A stretch of 64,000 bases of DNA, from assembly GCA_010093705.1 (NCBI GenBank), contig MU006100.1:718745-782744 (forward strand). Reading direction: 5' to 3'. Source of the stretch: Patellaria atrata CBS 101060. Lineage: Eukaryota. This document shows positions 1 to 13,493 of the stretch, one piece after another. Position 1 is the first letter of the stretch. Each line of letters begins with the position of its first letter. The translations under genes were made by a program, and so were the position numbers. Below the pieces are notes generated by a model that saw nothing but the letters and a program-made list of their open reading frames with translations, was not told the DNA's origin and ran no database searches.

Positions 1-2055
1 CTTGCTGCTCCACCACCATGAGCAAGATCATTCAGGATATTCTCCTCGAGCCATTTACGTGTCAGTCGAATACTTCCTGGTAGTCCGGAAGACATGGCCG
101 CACGCACACAACCAGCGACCCATTCACTGACAACCATAATGCCTCTGATATCGCCTTCGCCCGTCCCGCTTCCGGTACCACCATCTTTGCGGTTACTCAC
201 TCCCCATGTAGCTTCACACAAACGTCGTACACCATCTACGTCGCATGGCATCCCTTCCTTCTCGAAAATTGAATGCATACGGGAAATGACCATGCTCAAT
301 GGAGGCTTTCGAATATGAATAATCTCTGCAATCGAGCTCTGCCGGAGTGGCCGTAGAGAAGGATGGTAGACATCGTTGCAAATCAGAATGAGGGGCCGAA
401 GCAGACGGAATCTATCACCCTTCTTCTTTCTCTTGGAACCTGTCGTGGAATCTTGTGCAGATAGTCCTTGAGAATTCTTTTGGTCCAAGTTGATCAGGTC
501 GATCAATGCTTTGATAAACCCGCCCTCGCCGCTGCCACCGCTACCACTAACGACACCATCAACTTCGTCGACAACCACGCAGACTGGTCGTCCAGCTTTC
601 CTCACTTTTCCGTCTGCATTCTTAATGTTCACTCCCCTAACGTTCTCTGTACCAAGCATATCCTTGATTCTACCTTTGACGATGGCGCTGCTGCGTTCGT
701 CACTAGCATTGATTTCTTGAACCTCATAACCGGCTTGTTTCGCACAAACATGAGCTAGGGTAGTCTTTCCAAGTCCAGGCGGACCAGTCAACATGAGGAT
801 TTTCCGATGAACCCGTTCTTCTTGGGGTAGCCCATCACTTTTTCTGGACTTGGGTCTTGACCTTTCAGAGCCGGGAAATATAACCTGGTCCCAGCCTTTC
901 AGCCACCTCAGTACAGATCTATGTGTGCGCTCATCTCCAATGAGATCTGTGAACTTTCGTGCACGATACTTCTCTGTCCACATCAATGTTCGGTTAGGTT
1001 TCATTTCAGAAGAGACCTTGGCCGGTTGTTCGATTGAAGGGACTATCTGAGCATGCATTTCGCATGAAATCCTCAATGCCTCTTCGGTCTCCTTTGCAGC
1101 CTCATCCATAAGCTTGTGGATATCAATCCCATAGTAGCTCTTCCTTGCACCGCTTGCTTCTGTCTTTGAGCGAGCTGCAATAAGCTGTTCATAAGTCATA
1201 TTCTGTCTGGTGCGCTTTTCCGCAACATAAATACTTTTTCCTGTGCATGTCCTTATGATTAATGGTGCGTTAAAAGATTTGGAAAGCTGTGGGGGCTGAG
1301 AGAATGCGGACGCGTCTTCTTCGGTGTCAATAATAGTAGGTTCATCCTCCAGGTGCGATGGCTCTTCCTGGACGTTATATGCGTTTGAGACCATGTCATC
1401 TGCGGTTAAAATTGTTTTTTGTGAACTGCGCTGAAGTGCGTCTATCTCTGTTGCAATGTTCCTCTTCAATTGCGCTGCCTTTAAGGCTGCTATATCATCC
1501 TCATCATCCGACTCCTCCATTAGGAATACTGTTCGCGGCCTCGGTCCATTGTTGGCATCCATATCCTTTAATGGGCTCCTTAAACTCTCAATCTTACGCT
1601 TTTTTCGCGGGGATTCCGGTGCTGGGGACGAAGTAGCCGAGTACATAACTGGTGAGGATAAGAGTGGCATGGTGAGTTCCGGTGGAGAGGACGGTAAGAT
1701 AATCGGATCGCTGCTTGGGAAACAAGGCAAAGAAGAGAGATCTTCGTGAGATAGTCGCTGGAGTGGGCTGTCTGGGAAACATTAGCATACATCTAATAAT
1801 ATAGACGAGGCGTGCACCAATCGAATTGTCTTCTTCACTGCGAAAGACCTCGAAATTATTCCAGATTCTATGCTGTATAACTATCCCTTCCTTATTCTTC
1901 TGAGCTTTGCTTTCCTCTATTTGATGTTCAATGGCTTCAAGTTCGTCGTTGTAGGAGGGGTCCAAGACCAAGTTAGGGATATCGAAGTTCTCAGAATGCA
2001 GGTGTATAGCGGGATCGAATGAAGAGAAAATGTCAGAAGAGAATGTGCAGTCCAT
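1..2055 (-). CDS. CTF18: Chromosome transmission fidelity protein 18 (RFC-like clamp loader large subunit); 3' end runs off the window
   Basis: Minus-strand translation gives LMWTEKYRARKFTDLIGDERTHRSVLRWLKGWD, Walker A RKILMLTGPPGLGKTTLAHVCAKQAGYEVQEINASDERS and RPLILICNDVYHPSLRPLR, all typical of Ctf18. ATG at 2055, one intron near 1770-1815. Confidence 0.93.
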
Positions 2056-2148
2056 AAACTTCAGTGAGATATCATTATAAGTTCATCATGGCCTGTGGTA
2101 ATTGGCATAATTATACAGAGTTAGGGTTAGGTTAAGGATCTATCAGCG

Positions 2149-2169
2149 ACGCGATACGCGTAGACGCGT
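2149..2169. promoter_or_regulatory. Clustered MCB (MluI cell-cycle box) elements upstream of CTF18
   Basis: ACGCGT at 2156-2161 and 2164-2169 plus ACGCGA at 2149-2154, about 100 bp upstream of the CTF18 ATG. MCBs drive G1/S expression of replication genes in fungi. Confidence 0.7.
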
Positions 2170-2555
2170 CGTTAAGGGACCCTACGGTCTGCCGTAGTCC
2201 GTAGGTGTAAATAACGGGAAAATAATGATGACAAAGAGGATGGTTTGGTTTCGAGTGGCTGAAGTGGCTAGTGCCTGCCAACTTTCTCGTCTTCCCCGCA
2301 TTCGTTTTCGAAACGGTAGAATACCGTACGTCAACCACCTCAGCTCCACTCCAACTCCTTTCCAACTCATCTCTCGTCTGATGTATGAATGATTTGACCC
2401 AACTGCGTCGCAATGCCCCTGGCTTTCTCAACATCTACAATAGATGTATTCCTAACCTTCCAGCTTCCTTTCGCATGGGCTATTGGCAAGACAGACTAAC
2501 CGTTGTGTTCATTCGAGATTTTGCCTATCCTCATCCTCCATACAAGCGTATCCGC

Positions 2556-3972
2556 ATGGCAAACGGAAACATCTACGACACTTCTGCCCAAGTGTTTGCA
2601 GAGTATGTAGTCCCAATTTCATCTCCCTTAGAACTTAAACCCGAGTGTGCTGCGCATAGCGCGAGCGTGCAACAACGACCGCGCCTTTATCATCGCATCA
2701 ATTCCCATCGTCTTCATGTTCGCGCAAGCGCTAAGTCGCTCCGTGATAGACTCCTCTCGGGCCCTCTCGTCGATGTCTACGTAGGTGAAGGAAAACGCCA
2801 CTGGTCCTTACACCAAAACCTACTCTGCCATCACTCCGCGCACCTTGCCTCCGAGCTCTTATCGTCCGATGCAAATAGAAAGAAGACAGAGTCGAAGCAA
2901 TTGGATCTTCCGGATGATGATCCAGCAGGATTTGAACTATTTGTCAAATGGTTATACCAAGGAAAAATTGACGACGTGTCACAGATACCGGAGGAGAGGA
3001 AATACGATTACGCTGTCGCATGCCACAAACTCTACCTGCTGTGCGATCGATTTGAGCTCCCGCAATTGAAGAACGTAGCAATGGATCAGTATCGCAAAGG
3101 ACTCAGTGAAGCGCGGCTAGTACCTGATGCTGAAGAAATTAACGACATCTACAACAAATCCCCAAGCGGATCACCCTTTCGTAAACTGATGACTAAGATC
3201 GCGGCTCGCCAAATTATGGATCCGGACACTGAAAGAGATGCCGAGTATTATAGGCCGTGTTTTGAAAGTAGTCCAAGTTTTGCAGTTGACTTGGTCAACG
3301 CGATCAAAGCAGGCACTGGAGGTCTTCTTTTCAATGACCCTACCGATGGGGATTTCTGCGAATATCATGAACATGAGAATGGACCCGATTGTCACGGCAG
3401 GCCTAGTGAAAAAGTAAGAGGCAAAACAAGGAGAAGGCGGTCAGGTGAAGGTAAATAACCCTTATCCACCCCACTTGTACTTGAGAAACCACCGGAAGTT
3501 TTACCGCTTCCTTCGCGTTGCTTTACCTTTACTTTGTATACTGGTTACCAGCGCAAAGCCTTTAACCATCATAGTAACATTCAGGCGTCAAGGAACCGAA
3601 AGCTCTCTCTCCGCTTCCGCCAACAGCTCCCGCTCTTCAACAAAGTCACCCCCAACCGGTACCCACACCTCCCATTACTCCACCCCTCCAACAACCGCTC
3701 GCCGTCCTGCCCCTCCGCGCACTCCTCCAAAAACACCCGATGAGCACTCGCCTAGCCGAAGATCACAGGACACCGCGAAACACTACTCCACGCCGCGGCC
3801 TGATGGCTTTTCTGAAACCCCTAGAAAGCCCACGTCCACCGGACTCACTGAGACTGAAGGGAGAACTGGTCCAGGCAGAGGTTCTTCTGATGCCGGAGGA
3901 GGAACGCCGAAAAGACCGCCGCCTAAGCTCCGAAGAAGGGGATCGAGAGGTTCCACTGCTTCAGGACAGTGA
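2556..3972 (+). CDS. BTB/POZ domain protein with S/T/P-rich C-terminal tail
   Basis: LLSGPLVDVYVGEGKRHWSLHQNLLCHHS...LDLPDDDPAGFELFVKWLYQG is a typical fungal BTB domain. Predicted introns at 2603-2749 and about 3451-3584. Confidence 0.85.
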
Positions 3973-4953
3973 GTTTAGTGTTCGGAGGTGGGATTGGGAG
4001 AGGTCGTCTATTGGAGTGATGTAGAGTAAACCTCCTAAGTCACGTGGATTTTGTAACCGGATGCATGAGTTTGAAAGAACATCCGATATAATGTGATGAC
4101 GGCCAAAAGTGTTCGTGGAGTAGGGAATTACGGGTAAAAGGAAGCCTTAATACCTTCTATGTTAGATACTGGTAAGTTGAGTGAGCGTGGTGATTTTACT
4201 GGATATTTCTTTATTTTCTTCTGGGCAGTTTCGGAACAGATATACCCTAGTCAGTCTATATGCGGAGTTTCGGACGGTATTATCACTTGTAACAATCTTT
4301 CGCCGTTGTCATTGTATTTTAAACTCTACATTTGTATGAAGGAGCGAAGATATTTCAAAACCCTTCTCGGTCACGAGTATCTTGTAATTCTCAGTATATT
4401 ATATTCCTAATTCAAGTCAGAAGCCAGATGATATCTTCACTCATTTGACCATTCACATATTTCGTATTCTTCTTTCACATCGGTAGTATTACCGATCAAG
4501 GTCTTCAAACAGGTTTTCTCGCGCACAAGTAATACCTCCTTATCTAATTCGATGTCCAAACTACTGTACTCTCGCGCATCTATGCATTTGTTGTACGGCC
4601 TGGAGTACTTTACGCATTTGTCCGTTTGGCGCAGCTCATATTCTATTTATCCAATTCGTACGGCCAACCTGACCGAAAACTGAGATTCGATAAGCTTATA
4701 CTGTACGGTACAAATACGCTTACTTACGTATCGAGACTTCTGAATCGTGTGTACGGTAAAGTGGAAGGTGTTCTCATATGTCAGCGTACAGAGAGTAGAA
4801 AGTGCCCTGATAAAGGCGTGAGTATACAGCTTCACTGGGAATAGTCCAGTCATCTCCCGCTCAAAGATGTTTACGGTATTTCCTCTTACTACGATCTAGT
4901 AGGATAAAATGGCTCACCCTTTTTCAGTATCGTTATGTTTATTGGTATGAGTT

Positions 4954-6630
4954 CTACAGCTTCACCCTCCTGTCTTTCCGTTCCAACGAACACAGCCCGG
5001 TTCTCCGTCCTTTCAATTCCCCCCTCAGTATTTTCCCTGTGGTGTTCTTTGGCAACTGCAGCACCTCCCATACACCACCCCTTAACTTCTTATATCCGCT
5101 TACCATACCATCGATCTCGCTCTGTATCTCCTTGAGAGCCTTTATCCTCTCGTCCTTCGTCCCAAGGCTTGACTTCAGCACTACATAAGCTGTCGGCAGT
5201 TCCGTCACCAGATGCTCGTCCCAAATGGGGCCAACTCCGGCCTCCACGACGTGTCGGTGAGAGTTCACCAGTGTCTCCAGCTCTGCCGGCGCGACTTGAA
5301 AGCCTGAACTCTTGATCAGCTCCTTCGTCCTACCAACTACTTTGAGAATGCCGTTGGTCTCGATTGTGCACACGTCGCCAGTATTATACCAACCGTGTGC
5401 CGGAAACGCGGTGCGGTTCGCCTCCGCATTAAACACGTAACCACGCGTAATATTCGGCCCCCTTAACCACAACTCCCCTGGTCCCCCTTCTGGCGCATCA
5501 TCGATCGAGTTCTCCTTTACCAACCGCGCCTCGAGCCCAGGAAGCAGCCTCATACTCCCCTCCGTACTCGTATCACTAAGACGCTGGTACGCCACGTATC
5601 CCGCAGCCTCCGTCATCCCATAAACTTGCACGAACCGCCACGGCGCCAATTTCTTAAATCGTTCCTGCATCTCCTTCCGCAGCGGCATCCCGCCCACATT
5701 CATGATTCGCGCGGATGAGAAATCGTACCGCTTGGTCACATCCCCGCCCGCGAGCGCAAGGACCACACCAGGAACTCCCTGAAAGTTACTTGCTCGGTTG
5801 CTTTGCACGAGCTGCGCAAAGGTCTCGAGGTTGTATGCTGGCATCGCATGGTGTAGCATCCCAGCCCAAGGGCCCATGAAGATCTGCACAGTGGTCCCGC
5901 CGATATGGGCGAAGGGAGTGTAGGCCACTTGCCGCATGTCGGAGCCGAACTGCGCGGGATCATACGCGTGCAGCTGAAGGCAGTTTGCGACGAAGTTGTA
6001 GTGGGTCAGTTCGACGCCTTTGGGGGTCCCGGTGGTGCCGCTGGAGAGGTGTATCGAGGCGACGCGTTGACGGGTGTCGGGATAATGGGGTATGGGAAGG
6101 CGTATGGGTGCTAGAAAGTCGTCAGGGACGTGCATGTAGCTGCTGTGTTTACTGATCACGGTGATTATTTCGGGATGCGCCCAGGATATGCTTTCGGTGT
6201 GGAGTTCTCTGCTTGCGAGTTCAATTGCCTCAACGATCTTTGGTATGGAGGGCCCATAGGTGAAGATATAGGATGGTCTCGTTACCACGAGTGCGTGACC
6301 TATTTCCGCAGCTTTTAGGGCATAGTTGATTGTACAACCTACGCCGCCTGCCCAGAGTAGCGCGTGGAAGAGTTCGATGTATTCGACACAGTTGGGGAGC
6401 AGAATTGCCCAGTGATCGCCATCTTTCGGTCTATAGTAGTCTACGAGTCCTTTTGCTAATCTACCTGCTCGATCTCTAAGTTCGCCGATTGTGAGACTCC
6501 GGTTTGTGAGATTGTCTTTCGCAATCAGGTGGGATTCCGGAAGGGGAGCGGGACCGGCGGATTGGTGTAACAGTTCGGTGAGGGAAAGATCTTGGGGAAT
6601 TGATATTGGAGCACCTTTGTAGATGTGCAT
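4954..6630 (-). CDS. Acyl-CoA ligase (4-coumarate/phenylacetate-CoA ligase-like), intronless, PTS1-like C-terminus (RRVKL)
   Basis: AMP-binding SSGTTGTPKGV, YGMTE, WYNTGD, GRTKELIKSSGFQVAPAELE and LPKNTTGKILR motifs; 558 aa ORF. Confidence 0.93.
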   Translation of the reverse strand: MHIYKGAPISIPQDLSLTELLHQSAGPAPLPESHLIAKDNLTNRSLTIGELRDRAGRLAKGLVDYYRPKDGDHWAILLPNCVEYIELFHALLWAGGVGCTINYALKAAEIGHALVVTRPSYIFTYGPSIPKIVEAIELASRELHTESISWAHPEIITVISKHSSYMHVPDDFLAPIRLPIPHYPDTRQRVASIHLSSGTTGTPKGVELTHYNFVANCLQLHAYDPAQFGSDMRQVAYTPFAHIGGTTVQIFMGPWAGMLHHAMPAYNLETFAQLVQSNRASNFQGVPGVVLALAGGDVTKRYDFSSARIMNVGGMPLRKEMQERFKKLAPWRFVQVYGMTEAAGYVAYQRLSDTSTEGSMRLLPGLEARLVKENSIDDAPEGGPGELWLRGPNITRGYVFNAEANRTAFPAHGWYNTGDVCTIETNGILKVVGRTKELIKSSGFQVAPAELETLVNSHRHVVEAGVGPIWDEHLVTELPTAYVVLKSSLGTKDERIKALKEIQSEIDGMVSGYKKLRGGVWEVLQLPKNTTGKILRGELKGRRTGLCSLERKDRRVKL

Positions 6631-7054
6631 CTTTGATCATGTCCTGTCTCGGTTTTCCAGAGTCTTTAGCGATGCTAGAAGTATTGAACAAACAACGGAC
6701 CTCCCAAGGGGAGCAGCAAACGACATACTATCATATTGGAACACAACAATGCTCCCCATGGGTAACCCATAGCAGTTTCCGACTCTTCATCCCGCTCAAC
6801 CTTTCTCAACGCGTTCAGTACTAGTACCGGCCCTTATCGGATATGCGGGATATGCACTGTCGTGATAGCTTGGACGCACCTCAGAGATCTGGATCGTCTT
6901 TTCCAGCCTCATCCTTTCGACCGTTTGGAACACACGGCATATGTTTCATGGGGTAATAGCACGTTGAATTGCTACATGAATCGTTCTAGCACCTCGTTAA
7001 TCGCCTTTGGCTCCGTTCCCTATGAACATCTCCCATCTCCTCACTCTTTTGGAA

Positions 7055-7067
7055 ATGATTCATTAGT
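7055..7067. promoter_or_regulatory. Cluster-shared motif ATGATTCATTAGT, copy 1, in the divergent ligase/crotonase promoter
   Basis: Exact 13-mer also present at 17341-17353 and 21442-21454; TGAnTCA core resembles bZIP AP-1/GCN4-type sites. Confidence 0.65.
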
Positions 7068-7343
7068 GCTAAAGCTTCTATAGGGTCGTTGTACTAGTAA
7101 GTAAAAGTACCTTAGTGCATATGTCATGTAGCTTGAAATGCCGAGCATTGGGGGAGTCTATAGGATTTCTCTCTTTCGTGACGGCCCCTAATGAATTGTA
7201 TCTTTATTCTCTTGGAATATAGGAATATTCTCCAAAGAAGAAAAGTACTTTATTTAGGACAGACAAAGTGCAGCACTCCAAAGGCCATCAACGCACTCAG
7301 CAAGATACAATATCTCAAAGATACTCAGAATTTCATCAAGAAT

Positions 7344-8306
7344 ATGGCGAGCCCGCGAACGAGAAATTCAGTTCCTAGCTGGATAGAAAATCCATACCCA
7401 CACGTCGAGCATAGCATTATCTCATTCCCCGCAAAGCATATCCTACTCGTAACGATTAACAGACCAGAATTCAGAAATTGCTTACCAGTAGAAGCAACCA
7501 TAGAACTGGGTGCATTGTGGAAGTGGTACGATGCGGAACCCGAATTGAGATGTGCAGTTTTTACAGGAGTAAGCATATCGATACGTAAACGGATAAAGAG
7601 CAAGAAGTTTAACCGTCATACAGGCAGGTGATAAAGCTTTCTGCGCGGGAATGGACCTAAAACAACGTCTCGACATCATCGATACGAACGACGTTGCATG
7701 GGAATATCCTCAGGGTGGCTTTGGTGGGATGACGAACAGAACGGGCAAGAAGCCGATAATATGCGCTGTCAATGGGCATGCGCATGGTGGTGGGTTTGAA
7801 ATAGTGCTCAACGGTAGGTTGAATTGCGGGATTGAAGCAAAATGGAACGAGACTGATGGATACGAACAGCGGACGTCACCTTCGCCTCTCCCAACGCGAC
7901 CTTTGCTCTTCCCGAAGTCTTACGAGGTGTCGCAGCGCTTGCAGGAGCCTTGCCCCGTGCTATGCACCTCTTTGGGAACCATAGGTGTATGGATCTCATT
8001 CTTACCGGCCGCCGGCTCTCGATCGAAGAAGCTGTACAATGGGGTCTTGTCAAGGAAGTTGTATCGCAGGATAAGCTGGTTGCGAGAGCAGTTGAGTACG
8101 CAATAGAGATAGCAAGCAATGCACCGGACAGCGTGATAATATCCAGGTTAGCGGCTAGAGAGGCATGGGAGACGGGGGTAAGCAGAGCGACGATGAGAGG
8201 ACAGGAGCTGTGGGCGGAGGCCATGCTGAAGAGTAAAAACGCGTCGGAAGGTTTGACAGCGTACAGAGAAAAAAGGGATCCGAATTGGTTTCCGAGCCAC
8301 TTGTAG
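7344..8306 (+). CDS. Enoyl-CoA hydratase/crotonase (SidH/CaiD-like), PTS1 -SHL
   Basis: LLVTINRPEFRNC, AFCAGMDLK, KKPIICAVNGHAHGGGFE and FALPEVLRGVAALAGALPR motifs; two GT-AG introns (~7569-7624, ~7814-7870); ends FPSHL*. Confidence 0.92.
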
Positions 8307-8881
8307 AATTATGTCATCAATATCAAATTGAACTTTTTGATACAAGATGCTACACGTCGTAATTCTACTTCTTCCCGATCGTCGGGATAAAGTACAATCC
8401 CCACAACACTTACAGTCCAGCTAAAGAAGCATGATGCCCTTAAATAGATGTCAAATGGAGAGTCTAATGGTAGAGGGATGATCAAGAACTGAGTGAACAT
8501 ACCGTACGCTTGTATTTTGTGGAAGAATGAAATGAAGCGCGAAATGAACATGAGATTTCAGGATTTTCCTATTTCAACTTATAAACTGTCAATACCATCA
8601 CCCTCATAAATCTTTTTCATCCATCATGTGTTCACAATAATAATCAATACAACTATAATTTAGTTGCATATTTAGGTTTCATACAATTCACCGCGGCAGG
8701 GAGAAACACTCGGCCTACATCCGGTAAACTCATGCCGGACAGGTATAGTACCCTCAGCTGTTTAAGTATAGGACCTCGTAGCTGTGCTCCTTTTTTGACT
8801 TCGTATTTCACAAAGCGCAATTTAATTTTGTTGGAAGATTGTACTGCAAAGATTCTGCCAGATTCCATTTCAACGTTTGGA

Positions 8882-10077
8882 ATGGCGTCTTCAGACATTC
8901 CTGTCAAGAATTCTTCGGGAAGATACGATAACGTTGACTATAAAAAGGCCGTTGGATTCAAGTATCCGCCAATCAAATGTAGCTATCTCCGTAGAGATGT
9001 TTTATTGTTCGTAGGTTGGGATTCGTAGTTTATATTTGTTCGGCTTCAGACTGATCATACATGTTCTCAGGCAAATGCAATCGGGGTAACAAAAGATGAA
9101 CCACATCTACTTTACGAAATGCACCCTAAGTTCGCCGCTTTTCCCACATTCCCCATCAATCTATCCTTTAAACAAACAGACCAAGATGTATTCGATTTCA
9201 TCGCACGAACAGTCACCAGTTCAGTCCCTGGCGTACCCCCTTTCGACCCTCAAAGATCCGTAGACGGCGAACGCGGTATCGAAATCATCAAGCAAATCCC
9301 CGTAGACTCGAAAGGCCTCGATCTTGAAATTCAAAGCAAAGTCATCGGTGTTTACGACAAAGGTACCCGCACCTGGCATCCCATTCTCTAACTCCCGAAC
9401 TCCCGAAACCCGAAATACAAGTTACGCAATCTCCCCTAACAGTAATACTAACCCCTTCCTTCAGGTGGTAATCAAATCCTTGAAGCCGAACACGTCCTCA
9501 TAGATACTCTCACGAACACAATCTACACCAAACTGACCTCCACCGCCTTCGGCATCGGACAAGGCGGCTACGGTGGTCCACGCGGTCCCGCCAAAGTTAC
9601 CGTCAATCCGCCCTCTCGCGCCCCAGATGCCATCCACACATTTAAAACCTCACCGGAGCAAGCATTCCTCTACCGTCTATGCGGTGACTATAACCCTCTG
9701 CATGCTGACGACGAGTGGGGCCGCCGCGCCGGATTTAAAGGTATGATACTGCAGGGGCTAGGCACGTGGAATATCGCAGCCCATGGGATTTTGAAGGTGT
9801 TGGGTGATGGCGACGTGCATAAATTTAAGAGCTTTAATGCGAGATTCAAGAGTGTAGTGTATCCCGGTGATATACTGGAGACGAGAATGTGGAAGGTGGC
9901 CGTCAAGGATGGGTTTGATGAAATTTTTTTTGAGACGGTGGTTAAAGAGGATGGCAGGGTTGCTTTGTAAGTATTTTTCTTTTTGTGTATTAGTTTGATT
10001 GTGAACGCTGATCATGGAGTAGGTCCAATGGTACCTGTACGCTGAAATCGAAGGGCGGATCCAAGAGCAGCTTATAA
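8882..10077 (+). CDS. MaoC/hot-dog fold peroxisomal (R)-specific enoyl-CoA hydratase 2-like protein, C-terminal -SSL
   Basis: Spliced reading gives RDVLLF/ANAIG, RSVDGERGIEI and the hydratase-2 motif YRLCGDYNPLHAD, then ILQGLGTW and FKSVVYPGD; three introns; ends GSKSSL*. Confidence 0.9.
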
Positions 10078-10562
10078 GCCGGAGTACGTCGTCCAAAATG
10101 ATTGTATGGGGATTTAGAGTTCAGAGTCGAAAATCCCCTCATTCCTGTGGAAACTATCATATTGAATTTCTTCGTCATGTCGGGATCTACTTACGTTGAA
10201 CAACTCGTGGAATGCTCCTCCGTGTTGCCCTGCACTGCTAGAGTTTATATCCACTCCCGGCATATAGACGGCCATACCTGTAGACGTCGTTTATTCAAAA
10301 ATCTCGAAATAATGTACAACAAAATGAATTAGACCATTACAAAATGATTTGTATTGCTCGGCCTTTGGTACAGTTGGACGATATCGTTCGGGCGATGTTA
10401 CTGCACGGCTATCACCTGTACTGTACAGTCGACCCATTTGTACAAGTATTATCTACCTATGATACCCATCCATTTTCACAACAAGACTGAAGTTTCGGAG
10501 AAAGCGAAAATTGGTGTAGAATAAAATGATTTTACGGTTGGGACGTAGGAAAATACTCCTGT

Positions 10563-12490
10563 TTATAATCTAGCCATTTGAGCGGATGCAATAGCCTTCT
10601 CTCTCCTCTCTTGCTCCACCCTTACAAACCTCTCGGGCATCTGAACCTCCCTCGCCCTAATAAACTCACCAAAGCTCTTCGCAAACCCATCTAGAATACT
10701 ACTACTACTAACGCCATGCTGCAGTATCCCCTTGACCACAAAGTGAACCGCCCAGAGATTGGGAAACTCACATCGCTCGACCGTGTATCTATCGTCCCAG
10801 TCGTCGCCTAGAATTTCAATGAGCTTTTGTGATGTCAGAAAAGTCTGCAGCCACGGCCACGCAGCGGCATCCCGCACCCAGAGCCCAACATTTGCGTTAC
10901 CTCCTTTGTCGCCGGAGCGGGCAAAGACGAGGTCGCCGAGGGGTCGAGTCACAGTTCTGCCGTACTGTTGCCGTTGGTCTATGGAGACTTGGGGTTCGTA
11001 AGACTCCTGCTTTGGGACCGTGGATGAGCATTCCGTATCCTTCTTTCCCGGTACGGGGATTGTCTTTTCAGCTTCGCCGGTTCCGGAGAGTAGATTGGCG
11101 GAGGTTGAAACCTTCGACTGCTTTAGAAGCCCTGGGAAGTAGCTCACGAACATCTTGGGCTCGACGGTGCGCCAGTCCATGCCGAGATGCAAGCCACAGT
11201 ATCCTTGCATGCCGTTATAAAAGATTGCACGTTTGAAGGCGGCGATAGCTTCTTTCTTAGGAGTTTGAACGAACAGCCGGATCTGCATGGTCGACTCCTT
11301 TTGGGAATTGGGGTTCGGTTTAGGGAATCCGTACGCTTCAATGCTGATGGTGGAGAAGTCCTTTGGGTCAAGCTCGCGAAGAACTTGGGACTTCATCATT
11401 TCAAATTTCTCATAGCATTGGAGACCAGCGACGTAGGCAGAGAGCTCCGCGTGCCAACCGCCTAATAGGCAGACCGCGAGCTTCATAGTGGGAGGTGGTG
11501 TGAGGCCTTTTATGCCGGATAGACGGACGCGGTCTTTGCCTAGTTGTTCTAGCTGCGCTCCGTCTATTTTTGCAACAACGTCGGGGTTGAGATATATTGG
11601 CCCTTGGATCTCGTATAACAATTGAGCTTTTGTGGTGTCTACAGTTACCGCTCCGTTGCTACCCTCCGGTTTTGTGATGAAAGTAACACCGTCTGAGGCA
11701 ATTTCCGCTATAGGCCACCCGGACCGATATGGCTTTTCAATCTCAAGGAAGCCGCAATAGTTACCCCCTGTCACGTACGCACCGCATTCGATTAAATGGC
11801 CGGCCATGAGAGAGCCTGCCATGGCGTCTAAATCCAAAGGGCCCCATTTGTGCCACCACGTAGCAAGTCCGGTGACAGGAGACGCATCACAGCATCTACC
11901 ACATATAACAATCTCTAAAGAGTTGTAAGCAGATATTTAAAGGGGCGCATCTAGGGGCAACAATACATACGTGCTCCAGCTTTCAAAGCCGTCACAATGC
12001 CAGCATGTCCCGTATACACATTTGCAGCAAGGATTTCGTCTCCTCTAACCTCCAAGGCAGTTCCTTTTCGGTCTAAATGTTCGATCTCACCGAAACCTCC
12101 TTCTCTAACGACCCTGGTAACGTCGTCGCCGCCTACCCACGCCACTTTCACGTCTCTTATCCCTAGACTATGAAAATAATCGTTCACTTTCCTTGCTAGG
12201 CCTCGGGGGTTTAGTGCTCCACCATCATGAACAACCTTGATACCCTTCTTCGCAACAAGTCTGGCCGCATCCCCATTATGCCAGGCCAGCTGCTCCAGGA
12301 AGTTTGGTTCATAACCGAGATCGGGGTTGGTGGTAAGTTCGATGGCCTTCCAGGCGATGTTGAACTCGGCGAGATAATCCGCGGTGATAGCATCGACGTT
12401 GCCATCCCGAGCGAGGCGGTAGACTTGATCAATGCCATCATTTATGGCACCTGAGCTGTTTCCAATGCGGATAGGTCTTCGGGGAGACAT
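10563..12490 (-). CDS. AtuA / DUF1446 family protein (acyclic terpene utilisation-like), copy 1, PTS1 -ARL
   Basis: RPIRIGNSSG, ADYLAE, GALNPRGLA, GRCCDAS, GHLIECGAYVTGGNY, QLLYEIQGPIYLNPDV, ARSGDKGGNANVG and LDGFAKSFGEF motifs; one intron (~11914-11970). Confidence 0.92.
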
Positions 12491-13493
12491 TTTCAATATT
12501 CTTCTGTTGCACATGTACGGTACAAGCTCTGGTTTTTCGCATCACGATGCTCTCCAGTTTACAGATCGAACAACTAACAGTATTACATGTGAGGTCATAG
12601 GACTTTCCAGACGATCCAACCCCGCACTATCGCTCCCGAACGATAGGACCCTGCGAATCGATATGCTTCATCATCTGGAGAAGTTATCCAGAGAGTCTGA
12701 GTCTGGTTCACAGATTTGCTCCAGGAGCCTGGTGAGTAGTGGTGACACTTATCGGGGCGAGTTCGAGAACTCACAACACCGCCATCATGCACACGACATG
12801 ACTCAGGATCTGGGACTCGGTGACTGTTGAGCGATTCCATTATTGTATGCACTATGCAGTGTCGTGTTAGAGCTGCGATGTCGTGTTAGGGGTTGAAAGT
12901 AGGAAAAGATGGTGGGTGGAAGTGCAATGTCGTGTTAGAGTTCTCTTGGCTTTTCAGCCACCAGATGTTACGCACGTGACCCAGATCATCCCCGACAGTT
13001 CCCTGCTATCGATGATTCATCATTCTACTTTAGGTATGGTTAGCCTCATTAGGGTAAAGTGCAAGCAACAGCCACCCGCACTGCCACAAGTAAATTCTTA
13101 CTTTCACCTCGTTATTTGATACATTATTTCCACGTATCCCAAGCTAAGTAGGACTGCAGGACTACTGTAAACAGAACGGGAACTATGCTTCCACCTACCG
13201 GTATTACTAGTTGTATGTTTCCTGATCCGAGGTTCGTACTGTGTGTTTTCCCTTTTCCCATTTGATAGTTCCAGTTTCTGAGCGAGGTCAAACTTCTTTT
13301 CCAACCTTTCATTCTTTTGACTCCTATAGTCTGAATATCATATTGAGTTCTATACTTATGTACATCTACTATCATCACCTGAAATACATTCATGGAACAT
13401 TGGTACACAACAGCATCACCAGAATACTCCCATCGTAATTCCACCAAAGCCACCTCTACATCTCCCTCATCTCGTCCTTTCATCTCTTCCAAC

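Noticed and set aside
2121..2137. Telomere-like TTAGGGTTAGGTTAAGG
   Set aside because: Only one perfect unit, inside a promoter; not a telomere array.
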